From a virus (taxonomy: Duplodnaviria; Caudoviricetes), in IMG/VR virus record IMGVR_UViG_3300044676_003475, positions 1 through 25,184 of that record: a stretch of 25,184 nucleotides of DNA. One strand, 5' to 3'. Each line of letters opens with the position of its first letter. Positions within the stretch are counted from its first letter, which is position 1. A model generated the notes under the pieces. The model saw only the letters and a list, made by a program, of their open reading frames with translations. It was not told the DNA's origin and searched no databases. Below, in pieces: positions 7,155 to 16,066 of this stretch. Both the position numbers and the translations under genes were made by a program.

Positions 7155-9047
7155 ATGGCAGAATCAAAAGTCAAAATGAATGCTCCGCTACCGGATGCCG
7201 AAGTTCGTGCGAAACTAGCGGATAAGACCCTCACTTTCCGCGAAGCCCTAGAGTATTCTCACGCAAATGCGACAACACAAAACGCGAAGGACTTAATCAA
7301 AAACATCTACAATACAGGTCTCGGTCAAATGGGTATTGACCCAGATCAACCGTGGTCTGATTTTCAAAAGCGTTCTGTCTTCGAGAAGATGCATCAAAGT
7401 GACGCACACCCCGAAGTCAAAGCAGATCGCTACACTCATTTCCAAGCAGTCGAAAAAGTTTTAACTGTCTCGCCTTACGCAGAAGTTGAAGATCAGATGT
7501 ACCCGCTCAAAGTCATGACGAGTGGTGAGTCTAAGAAAGTTACAGGCAAAGGTCAAGCACGTTATAAGTCGCAGATGCGCGGCGTGGTATCCAACAAAGA
7601 GTGGAATAAGATTTACGAGGATGCGTTCCGTGACAAAGACGGGAAGCTCCTCATCACAAATGCAGAGCACCGTAATGCACTTATGTTCCATAAGATTACG
7701 GGTGGTCGTCCAGAGAACTTGTTTAGTAAGGGCGGAAACTTTCCTTTAACTGCCGACGATTTTATCTACGAGCTTGACGTTGATACTGGCGAAGAAGTTA
7801 TTGTGATGACTGCAAACCGTAACGTCAATAAAGGACGTGCGGCGATTCAGTTTTCCGGAGAAGACAAGGCTTGGGTTGAGAGCTTAATCAAAGAAGCAGA
7901 GACTCGTCCAAACCGTAATATCTTCCAGATCACTAATACCGAATACTCAAAAGTTTTTAAAGAGCACATCACCCCACAGATCGAAAAACGTCCTAAGGTG
8001 ATGGCTAAAGTACCAATCTTGCAAGGGAAGCCAATGGTTACCCCTGCTGTTGTGCGGCACGTAACTAACAAGATCATGACAGATGAGTTGCGTGTTCCTT
8101 TGGATTACACCAACGGCTTTATGGGACATGCCCCGCAGGATATCGGCCGTGGTTCGTATCTCGGTGAAGTGCCACCAAATATCTTGGGTGAAGTCAAGGA
8201 CGCTTTTATCGAAGACTCTGCCTACCAAGGCGGACACGCGACTACCCGTAGTTTCTGGTCAAAGTTTGGTATTGAAATCCCTGCGACTCTTGTCGATGAC
8301 GAAGGTGCTGAGTACGAAGTTAAGACAACTCCGGTACAAGGACGCTATCGCTGGGGTGAGACTGCGCGGGGCGACCAAAAGCCACGGGCAGAATTAACTG
8401 CCGCACAACGCAAAGCGATTGATGATCAGGCAAAAGCTGATAGTGCGATTGCAGAAGCGAGTGTTGAGAGTGCAAAGAATACTGGTGCTCAAGCTCGTCT
8501 TGAACGTCTCAATGCTGAAATTAAAGAAATGGAGACGGTCAACGATCCTGCGTATCTTGAGACGTATAAGAAGTACCAAGAAACTCTCCAGAAAAAAGCT
8601 GAGATTGAGAAGCAGGTAGCTGATGAAATCGCCGCTGAAAAGAAAGCCGCGAAGGCTCTGACTCCGGAAAGAGAGAAAGACATCGCAAAAAGCTTCTTTG
8701 ATATGTTCACCTCACCAACGGGCAAAAAGATTATTGGGGGTGCAGTAACTGTAGGCGGCACAACCCTACTCGGTGCTTCTCTCGTTCCCCGTATCGCAGA
8801 AGCGCAAGCAAAGATTGAAGCGGGCGAACCTGTAATCCCTTCTGTTACAGAGGAAGCAGGACAGTTCCTTCTCGAAGAAGGCCCCGTGGGTGCCATACAA
8901 GCGGGTCTCGAAATAGGACAAGAAGCAGTAGGTGCGGCACTCGAGCCTGCTCTCGAAGAATATGAAGTACAAGCCGAAGAGGCTGGACTAGACGAAGACA
9001 CTGAATCGCAGGCATTCCGCCTGTTCGGTGAACAACCATTCCAATAA
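7155..9047 (+). CDS. Tyrosine recombinase-like domain protein with C-terminal coiled coil and hydrophobic segment
   Basis: TGGR185PENL, NK226GR, A298xxR301H, MGH325, SY335 in tyrosine-recombinase order and spacing. Confidence 0.7.
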   Translation: MAESKVKMNAPLPDAEVRAKLADKTLTFREALEYSHANATTQNAKDLIKNIYNTGLGQMGIDPDQPWSDFQKRSVFEKMHQSDAHPEVKADRYTHFQAVEKVLTVSPYAEVEDQMYPLKVMTSGESKKVTGKGQARYKSQMRGVVSNKEWNKIYEDAFRDKDGKLLITNAEHRNALMFHKITGGRPENLFSKGGNFPLTADDFIYELDVDTGEEVIVMTANRNVNKGRAAIQFSGEDKAWVESLIKEAETRPNRNIFQITNTEYSKVFKEHITPQIEKRPKVMAKVPILQGKPMVTPAVVRHVTNKIMTDELRVPLDYTNGFMGHAPQDIGRGSYLGEVPPNILGEVKDAFIEDSAYQGGHATTRSFWSKFGIEIPATLVDDEGAEYEVKTTPVQGRYRWGETARGDQKPRAELTAAQRKAIDDQAKADSAIAEASVESAKNTGAQARLERLNAEIKEMETVNDPAYLETYKKYQETLQKKAEIEKQVADEIAAEKKAAKALTPEREKDIAKSFFDMFTSPTGKKIIGGAVTVGGTTLLGASLVPRIAEAQAKIEAGEPVIPSVTEEAGQFLLEEGPVGAIQAGLEIGQEAVGAALEPALEEYEVQAEEAGLDEDTESQAFRLFGEQPFQ

Positions 9048-9057
9048 GGAGAATACA

Positions 9058-9261
9058 ATGAAGTATCAAGCATCCGACATCATGACGGCTGACAAGAAGG
9101 GCATCGACTACAACTGCGGCGAAAACAACCTCGTTCGTGAATCAATGGATTTTGACACAGTAGCAAAGACAGACTCTCTGATCGAAGCTATGCCTAAGAC
9201 AAACAAAGAGTCATTGGATCAGTCGATCCTGACTTCCGACAAACAGTCTGCATTATCCTAA
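9058..9261 (+). CDS. Small hypothetical protein
   Basis: ATG 9058 after AAGGAG. Confidence 0.75.
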   Translation: MKYQASDIMTADKKGIDYNCGENNLVRESMDFDTVAKTDSLIEAMPKTNKESLDQSILTSDKQSALS

Positions 9262-9280
9262 ACTTTTAAGGTAAATATTT

Positions 9281-11368
9281 ATGAGTGCGTCTGGAGGGTT
9301 CGTTCAAGAGCCGGATGATGGACAGGTTAGCATCCTCGGCGCGGAAACGCAAATGCCGGGGCTTGCTGGCGTAATCCAGAGCAAGTTTGAAGATGCTGAG
9401 AATGGCCGTCGCACATTTGAGCAACGGTGGCTTCAGGCGTACAAGAATTTCCGTGGGGTGTATGACACTTCCACGCAGTACCGTGAGAGTGAGCGTTCTA
9501 AGGTTTTCATCAAGATTACCAAGACAAAAGTCTTAGCGGCATACGGTCAGATCATCGACATCCTCTTCGCGAACAAAAAGTTCCCGATTGTTGTCGAATC
9601 TACCCCTGTTCCGGAAGGAATTGCCGAGTTCGCACGTATGTCTGGCCCCTTAGAACAACTAGAAGACCCGTACGGCTACGAAGGAGACGGAAAGGTACTA
9701 GAGCCCGGTGCGACCCGTTTAGGCCCGTACAGAGCAACTGAGGCGGTCGAGGGACGTTCTAAACTGGGCGAACCCCAAGTTGAACCAGCGGCAGAAGCGG
9801 CTCGTATTCTCGAAAAGCACATTCATGATCAGCTACTGGACACGAATGCTGTTAACGTAATGCGAAACGCGGTGTTTGAAGCGGCATTACTCGGCACCGG
9901 TATTGTAAAAGGGCCCTTTAACTTCTATAAGCGAGTTAGCAAGTGGGAGCGGGACGAAAACGGGGAGCGTACCTATTCTCCTTACGAGAAAATCGTACCT
10001 CGTATCGAGCACGTATCCGTGTGGGACTTCCACCCAGATCCCTCTGCGACAAGCATCGAAGATTGTGAATACGTAATCCAACGTCATCGTATGAATCGTC
10101 AACAGCTACGTGCTCTGACTAGCCTCCCTTATTTTGACGCCACGTCTATTGAAGATACAATCGTAAAAGGGCCGAATTACGAGGATAAGTACTACGAAGA
10201 TACTATCCGTGAGGACGACACTGAGCCCTACTATCAAGAAAACCGTTTTGAGGTTCTCGAGTATTGGGGTGTCCTAGACGCTAAGTTTGCCCGTGAAGTT
10301 GGATTGGAAATCCCTGACACGATGAGTGCTCTTGATCAAGTGCAGATCAATGCTTGGGTATGTGGTAGTTCAGTACTCCGTTGTGTTTTAAATCCTTTTA
10401 CTCCAGCTCGCATTCCGTTCCAAGCGTTCCCTTACGAAGTAAATCCCTATCAAATCTGGGGTGTAGGTGTCGCTGAGAACATGGAAGATGCTCAGATGCT
10501 AATGAATGGTCACGTTCGTATGGCTATCGACAATTTAGCACTGGCGGGCAACCTCGTGTTTGACGTGGATGAAGCGAGTCTCGTCCCCGGCCAGAACTTC
10601 GACATATTCCCCGGCAAGGTATTCCGGAGACAGTCTGGTGTTACAGGTACGGCGATTAACGGAACGAAGTTCCCCAATACTGCACCCGAAAACATCCAAA
10701 TGTACCAAATCGCACGTCAGCTCGCAGATGAAGAGACCGGTATTCCTTCGATTATGCACGGACAGACAGGTGTAACAGGCACGGGCCGTACGTCTTCTGG
10801 TTTGTCGATGTTGATGAATGCGGGTGCACAGTCAGTTAAGACGGTGATCAAAAATATTGACGACCTACTACTAAAACCACTCGGAGAAGCGTACTTCCAG
10901 TGGAACATGCAGTACAACGAAGATCAACCAGACATTATCGGTGATCTCGAAATCAAGCCGCGAGGAACAGCGGCCGTGATGCAAAAAGAAGTACGGTCTC
11001 AGCGACTCACGACGTTGCTCCAAACTGTTGCAAACCCGATGCTCGCACCGTTCGTCAAACTACCAAACCTTGTGAGGGAGCTTGCGATTTCGCAAGATAT
11101 CGATCCAGATCAACTCGTAAACAACGTCGACGAAGCACAACTTTACGCAAAAGTCTTACAAGGATTACAAAATGCTCAGCAAGGAACAGGCCCAGAAGGT
11201 GGGCCCATTGGTCAACCATCCCCAAGCATGGGGGGCCCTAACCAGTTATCTGGCGGACCTCCACCAGTTGACGCTTCGGGGGTTGGTAACGGCACAATCG
11301 GAACGGGAAATGTTCCAGTTGCAGGGGAAGATGGTTTTACTGGACTCCCTCCTGAACCTCAAGGATAA
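9281..11368 (+). CDS. Portal protein
   Basis: 695 aa; LLGTGIVKG, DFHPDPSA, GVGVAENMEDAQ...N...R...DN motifs typical of podovirus portals; position between terL and scaffold/capsid. Confidence 0.9.
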   Translation: MSASGGFVQEPDDGQVSILGAETQMPGLAGVIQSKFEDAENGRRTFEQRWLQAYKNFRGVYDTSTQYRESERSKVFIKITKTKVLAAYGQIIDILFANKKFPIVVESTPVPEGIAEFARMSGPLEQLEDPYGYEGDGKVLEPGATRLGPYRATEAVEGRSKLGEPQVEPAAEAARILEKHIHDQLLDTNAVNVMRNAVFEAALLGTGIVKGPFNFYKRVSKWERDENGERTYSPYEKIVPRIEHVSVWDFHPDPSATSIEDCEYVIQRHRMNRQQLRALTSLPYFDATSIEDTIVKGPNYEDKYYEDTIREDDTEPYYQENRFEVLEYWGVLDAKFAREVGLEIPDTMSALDQVQINAWVCGSSVLRCVLNPFTPARIPFQAFPYEVNPYQIWGVGVAENMEDAQMLMNGHVRMAIDNLALAGNLVFDVDEASLVPGQNFDIFPGKVFRRQSGVTGTAINGTKFPNTAPENIQMYQIARQLADEETGIPSIMHGQTGVTGTGRTSSGLSMLMNAGAQSVKTVIKNIDDLLLKPLGEAYFQWNMQYNEDQPDIIGDLEIKPRGTAAVMQKEVRSQRLTTLLQTVANPMLAPFVKLPNLVRELAISQDIDPDQLVNNVDEAQLYAKVLQGLQNAQQGTGPEGGPIGQPSPSMGGPNQLSGGPPPVDASGVGNGTIGTGNVPVAGEDGFTGLPPEPQG

Positions 11369-11399
11369 TCATAAAAAGGTCGTAGAATCAAATGGCTAG
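11172..11399 (+). CDS. Small helical protein overlapping portal 3' end
   Basis: AAGGA RBS; W..L..YL...QLQGK..LL..LLNLK pattern resembles small post-portal genes; couples to 11392 start. Confidence 0.7.
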   Translation: MLSKEQAQKVGPLVNHPQAWGALTSYLADLHQLTLRGLVTAQSEREMFQLQGKMVLLDSLLNLKDNHKKVVESNG

Positions 11400-13806
11400 A
11401 TACGGCGGTGGGTATACTGTTTATGACGCGATTGCTCGTTCGAGAGCTCGCGCACAGTTTCGGTCTTATACTCCTCAACCTACTCCGGCAACAACACCGG
11501 GAGGTATTTTTGGAACTGACGGTACTCCAAAAACATCCACGTCTACCGTAAAAGATAGCACGAGAATCTCAGGAGGTTTACCTACGGGGGGCTTCGCCGC
11601 GAGCGCAGGGCAGTACAAGTCTCCGTTCATGGACCCTAACATGACCTTCGAGATGACACCCTCGGGTGTTGTTGGAACTCCTATCACAGAAGCTACGTCT
11701 AAGACTGGTTCTGGCTATATGACTGGTCCAGAAGCCGCTGGAAAAGCGGTGATGGGGACCTATGGTGCTTTTGATGTAACTACAAAAGCAGGAAAGGCGA
11801 TGCAGTCCGTTTTGGCGGCGTCTGACCCCACTCCCTTTGGATTGACAGGACTTGTTGCAGGAGAATTACGGACTGATCCGTATGGTCGTAGCGTCGCTCG
11901 TCCCGGCGGTATGCTCGGTGCAGTTACAGACATGGTTGTCGAAAAACAGCACGAAGTTGCATCTAAGATTTTTGCGGGAGAGCCGGGGTATCACCAGTTT
12001 TACTCGGGGGGACAGCTTGTCTCTCTTGTTCCCCAGAACAATCCCTTAACAGGAAACCAGATTGGGTACGCAGTCCTCGGTGCAACAGGCATTGATGCCA
12101 AAACCGCAACTGCACAATACGCCGCGATGTTTGGTTACGACCCACGCAGTGTTGATTTATCGAAGCGTCCCGGACAGAAAGGCTTTGGTCTCGAACTCCA
12201 AGGATTTGTGCAGGGTTCTGGCGGCGTAGCGCAGGACGGGACATTCATCGGCGCGAGTGGTGGGCAGAAACAACTCGCAGGTAAAGACCTAGAGCGTCAC
12301 CTCGGACTTGTTGCAGATATTTACGGTGTACAGGAAGCAGGCAAAACCCTACAGGGAATGAACGTGAGGGAGGACGTTAAGTCGACACTCATGGGAGCTC
12401 TCGAGTTGGGTGAAGTTACTGCGGAAGCGATTGTTGATAAGGATGGTAATACAGTAGGTTATACCACAGGTGTGGGCAACGTCGTGCGCTCTGGGGATGA
12501 TTCTATCGTCACAACCAAAGACGGTCTCGTAACTTCAGGTCAGGGCGTCATGTCTCCGAACGTCTACAACTACCTCCGCCAAGAAGCAGAGTTTGATAGC
12601 CAAGAACGCGCAGGGGGAGCTTTAGACGCCCCAACTCCGGGAATACAACGTGTTGACACAGGCGGCGGTGACGGGGGTAGGGACCATACCACAGTTTCCG
12701 GACGTGGCACTACGAACTTTAACCAATCTGACAGAAGCGAAGCATCCTCACGAGGAGAAACATTCTTCGCAGAGGGCGGCCCTGTCGTACCTACCCCAGA
12801 AGCCGCACAAGGTGAAGCCCCTGTTGTTGCCGACGCAGGATTTGTTGGCACAGAGCCTGAGAATGTTCCCGTGGGTGAAACTGTTGCGGACGACGTCCCG
12901 ATGGACGTTCCCGAAGGTACTTTCGTACTGAATGCGGCCGCTGTTGAATTCATGGGATCTGCCGACGTTAAGAAGATGATTCTCCAAGCGATGCAAGAAG
13001 CAGAGAAGCAAGGTATTGACATATCGCAGAGAAGTTCTAAAATACCTAAGGAAGAGCTTGTATCTTTAGTAGTTTCTAAAGGTGAAGTGATTATCCCTCC
13101 TGAACTCGCCCAAATCATCGGCTACGACAGACTCAATAAGATCAACAATCGCGGCAAAGCAGAAGTTGAAAAACGTCAAGCAGAGAATGGGGAACAGCCA
13201 GAAGGTGAGCGTGTTGCGGCCGCAGAGGGTGCAGATACACGTGGGATGATTGATCTCGGAGATGTCGTTGACTACCGAGACTTCAAGAACCCACAGACTA
13301 GCTGGATGAATATGCTCGAGGTTACTGGTGCAGGTGCTACAGGTAATCTTGAAGCAATGGAAAAAGCATTTTCGTATTCCCGTAAGTGGAATGCAAAAAC
13401 AAAGTCTGGTGATAAGTACGAGGACAGTTTCCGTCACACCCTAGTTGGTGGATTGTACGGTGACGTCGGAGGTTTTTACGCAGACGCAAAAGAGAACTTT
13501 CACAAGTACGTAGAAGCTTATCCTAAGATTGCGTACGAAAAAGCGAAGGGCATGCTCGGTGGTGAAACGAACCAAGAGCAGATAGGTATCGCCCGCAGTA
13601 TTATCGCAGAGTCAGACGTCGATCTCAACAATAATGCATTCGGCAGAGAACTCCGCAAACAAATCCCAGATGAAGAAAAATACGTTCGTACTGTAGAGCG
13701 TATGATGAATATTGCTGTAACGGAGGGAATCGATAAGGTTCCTTCGATAACAACAGAAGATGGTGAACAGATACGTCTCCAACTGAGCACCGTCCCAGCA
13801 GAATAA
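11392..13806 (+). CDS. Putative internal virion/ejection protein with C-terminal DUF6973-like domain
   Basis: Gly/Ala/Thr-rich N-half; FAEGG, ADDVP..EGTFV and SKGEVI motifs; C-terminal DSFRH...DLNNNAFGR. Confidence 0.6.
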   Translation: MARYGGGYTVYDAIARSRARAQFRSYTPQPTPATTPGGIFGTDGTPKTSTSTVKDSTRISGGLPTGGFAASAGQYKSPFMDPNMTFEMTPSGVVGTPITEATSKTGSGYMTGPEAAGKAVMGTYGAFDVTTKAGKAMQSVLAASDPTPFGLTGLVAGELRTDPYGRSVARPGGMLGAVTDMVVEKQHEVASKIFAGEPGYHQFYSGGQLVSLVPQNNPLTGNQIGYAVLGATGIDAKTATAQYAAMFGYDPRSVDLSKRPGQKGFGLELQGFVQGSGGVAQDGTFIGASGGQKQLAGKDLERHLGLVADIYGVQEAGKTLQGMNVREDVKSTLMGALELGEVTAEAIVDKDGNTVGYTTGVGNVVRSGDDSIVTTKDGLVTSGQGVMSPNVYNYLRQEAEFDSQERAGGALDAPTPGIQRVDTGGGDGGRDHTTVSGRGTTNFNQSDRSEASSRGETFFAEGGPVVPTPEAAQGEAPVVADAGFVGTEPENVPVGETVADDVPMDVPEGTFVLNAAAVEFMGSADVKKMILQAMQEAEKQGIDISQRSSKIPKEELVSLVVSKGEVIIPPELAQIIGYDRLNKINNRGKAEVEKRQAENGEQPEGERVAAAEGADTRGMIDLGDVVDYRDFKNPQTSWMNMLEVTGAGATGNLEAMEKAFSYSRKWNAKTKSGDKYEDSFRHTLVGGLYGDVGGFYADAKENFHKYVEAYPKIAYEKAKGMLGGETNQEQIGIARSIIAESDVDLNNNAFGRELRKQIPDEEKYVRTVERMMNIAVTEGIDKVPSITTEDGEQIRLQLSTVPAE

Positions 13807-13810
13807 TTTA

Positions 13811-13878
13811 ACGGCTACCCCGCAATTCCGCGGGCCCCGTGCAACACCTACGGCTACCCTCCGCCAAGAGGCCCCGTG
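13811..13878 (+). promoter_or_regulatory. Tandem structured RNA element in scaffold 5' leader
   Basis: Two copies of ACGG-CTAC-[stem, 6-nt loop]-CC-CCGTG with different but fully paired inner stems. Confidence 0.8.
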
Positions 13879-13893
13879 AGATAGGAGAATAAA

Positions 13894-14775
13894 ATGGCAA
13901 AACCAAAAGGACATCGCGCAAACAAGGCGAATGACAACTTCGGAACGATCAACAACGATAGCCTATATCGTGGTAAATATCGAAATGAAGTGTATGAGGA
14001 TGACGACGAAGTAGTTGAGCAGGAGCAAGAAGAAACCACCGAGGTGGAAGAGTCTTCTAACGAAAGCTTCGCAAAACCACAGGAGGGGTCCGACACCGAC
14101 TATAAGAAACGGTACGACGATCTCAAACGTCATTATGATTCAAAACTTGAAGACTGGAAACGGGAACGCGAGGAACTCGCGGAAGCCCAGAAAGCAGGAC
14201 GAGACAGCGGGTTGAATGCGGCCGATCTTCCAAAGACCCCAGAGGACTTGGAAGCATTCCGGGCAAAATACCCAGACGTGTACGCCATTGTGGAAACAGT
14301 TTCTTCGCTTCAGGCAGAGAACAGACTCAAGTCTCTTAAAGAAGAGGTGGATACTCTCAAAGGACGTGAGAAGCAATTAGAAGTTCAGAGTGCATACAAA
14401 GAGCTCTTAAACGCCCATCCGGACTTTAATGAATTCAAGACAGACGAGAAATTCTTGGCATGGCTTGATGACCAACCTTCTTCGATTGCTGATGGTATTT
14501 ATAAAAACAATACCGATGCAAAATGGGCGATTCGTGTTGTGGACTTATTCAAGGCAGATACCGGAAGAAAAACCCCTGCCAAACCCAAGCGTGACTCCGA
14601 CCCAGCTATTTCCGTAAAGGCCCCCAAGTCTAAAGATGTAGTTGGTGAAGCTAGCCCAGATAAAAAAGTCTGGAAAGCTTCCGAAATCGGCAAGATGAAA
14701 CCGTGGCAATTTGAAAAGCTTGAAGCTGAGATTGACGCCGCGAGAGCAGAAGGCCGAATTGATTATAGAGCATAA
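13894..14775 (+). CDS. Capsid scaffolding protein
   Basis: Acidic N-terminus, DYKKRYDDLKRHY coiled coil, C-terminal EIDAARAEGRI; directly upstream of MCP; AGGAG RBS. Confidence 0.8.
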   Translation: MAKPKGHRANKANDNFGTINNDSLYRGKYRNEVYEDDDEVVEQEQEETTEVEESSNESFAKPQEGSDTDYKKRYDDLKRHYDSKLEDWKREREELAEAQKAGRDSGLNAADLPKTPEDLEAFRAKYPDVYAIVETVSSLQAENRLKSLKEEVDTLKGREKQLEVQSAYKELLNAHPDFNEFKTDEKFLAWLDDQPSSIADGIYKNNTDAKWAIRVVDLFKADTGRKTPAKPKRDSDPAISVKAPKSKDVVGEASPDKKVWKASEIGKMKPWQFEKLEAEIDAARAEGRIDYRA

Positions 14776-14818
14776 ACTTTAACAACCTAACTATCTCATA
14801 ATAAGGAAGGGTAATAAA

Positions 14819-15775
14819 ATGGCTTTTGGAGTCGCATCAGGGTATACCAACCTGCCAAGTGGTAATTTTACTCCAGAAATCTTCTCTCAGAAGGTTCTGA
14901 AGTTTTTCCGTCGTGCATCTGTTGCAGAAGATATCACCAACACTGATTACGCTGGTGAAATCGAAAACTTCGGTGACACTGTACGTATCATCAAAGAGCC
15001 AACAATCACTGTCTCTGCTTACTCTCGTGGATCAACTGTATCTCCACAAGATTTGGCGGATGATCAGATCACAATGGTTGTTGACCAAGCAAATGCTTTC
15101 GCGTTCAAGATCGACGACATCGAAGAGCGTCAGTCACACGTTAACTTTGAAGCGTTGGCTACATCTTCAGGTGCGTTCTCTCTGAAGCGTAAGTACGATG
15201 CTAACGTCCTCCAAGCAATGGCTGACGGTGCGGGCACTACAGGTGCGACGTACGGTACAGCGGCTGGCGGTATCGACATCTCAGGCGCATCTGGCGGCGA
15301 CACTGCTGTCAACTTGATGCTCGCGATGGCTCGTGCGTTGGACGACAACTCAATTCCAGAAGAAAACCGTTTCTTCGTAGCACCTCCTGCATTCTATGAA
15401 ATCCTCTTCAAAGCGGGTTCTAAGTTCGCAGAAGTACAGGTCACTGGTGATGGAACATCTCCACTCCGTAACGGTCTCGTTATGGCGGGTAACATCGCTG
15501 GCATGAACTGCTACAAGACAACTGCGTTGAACAACTCTGGTACAGACGTTGTAACTATCGCTTCTCAGTTAGATGACGAAAACGTCGTACTTGCTGGTCA
15601 CATGTCTTCTACAGCGACTGCATCGCACATCGCTAAGACAGAAGTTGTACGTGACACTGGCACATTTGCTGACATCGTACGTGGCCTCCACGTCTTTGGA
15701 CGCAAGGTACTTCGCCCAGAGGGCTTGGTACGCGGTGTCATCGACACTGACTCAGGAACAGGTTCTGCCCTTTAA
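14819..15775 (+). CDS. Major capsid protein
   Basis: NFTPEIFS, TNTDYAGEIENFGDTVRI, DIVRGLHVFGRKVLRPE; strong RBS; followed by terminator. Confidence 0.92.
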   Translation: MAFGVASGYTNLPSGNFTPEIFSQKVLKFFRRASVAEDITNTDYAGEIENFGDTVRIIKEPTITVSAYSRGSTVSPQDLADDQITMVVDQANAFAFKIDDIEERQSHVNFEALATSSGAFSLKRKYDANVLQAMADGAGTTGATYGTAAGGIDISGASGGDTAVNLMLAMARALDDNSIPEENRFFVAPPAFYEILFKAGSKFAEVQVTGDGTSPLRNGLVMAGNIAGMNCYKTTALNNSGTDVVTIASQLDDENVVLAGHMSSTATASHIAKTEVVRDTGTFADIVRGLHVFGRKVLRPEGLVRGVIDTDSGTGSAL

Positions 15776-15787
15776 GAACCAATAGTT

Positions 15788-15809
15788 GGGGCCTTCGGGC
15801 CCCTTCTTT
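15788..15809 (+). terminator. Terminator after MCP
   Basis: GGGGCC-TTCG-GGCCCC-TTCTTT (cUUCGg loop). Confidence 0.85.
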
Positions 15810-15830
15810 ACGTCAGCATCTTATGGGGTG

Positions 15831-15859
15831 TTGACATAAGGAATTTCATAATATAGAAT
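15831..15859 (+). promoter_or_regulatory. Sigma70 promoter for lysozyme/tail genes
   Basis: TTGACA-17 bp-TAGAAT, followed by TAAGCCCGCCGGGG at 15865-15878. Confidence 0.8.
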
Positions 15860-15889
15860 CCGATTAAGCCCGCCGGGGGTATACACACT

Positions 15890-16066
15890 ATGGCACAGAG
15901 AGGTTTGTGGGACAACATCCACGCCAAGCGTAAGAGAATCGAGCAAGGCTCAAAGGAAAAGATGCGTAAACCGGGAGATCCCGGAGCACCTACTGCAAAA
16001 GCACTACGTGAGTCTAAAGCAATGGGTGGTTATACCGAAAGATGGAGTAAAGCACGTGGCGGTTGA
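15890..16066 (+). CDS. Small basic protein (58 aa, MAQRGLWDNIHAKRKRI...), below ORF-track cutoff
   Basis: Translated by hand; GGGGGT upstream; GLW.NIHAKR/KPG..GAPT pattern recalled from marine phages. Confidence 0.75.
   Translation: MAQRGLWDNIHAKRKRIEQGSKEKMRKPGDPGAPTAKALRESKAMGGYTERWSKARGG

Noticed and set aside
7155-9047. Canonical lysogeny integrase module
   Set aside because: No adjacent attP gap, excisionase or repressor; embedded in the late operon with a long C-terminal extension
15767-15835. Programmed frameshift at MCP end (GCC CTT TAA)
   Set aside because: +1 frame stops after 4 codons and -1 after about 20; no extended capsid product
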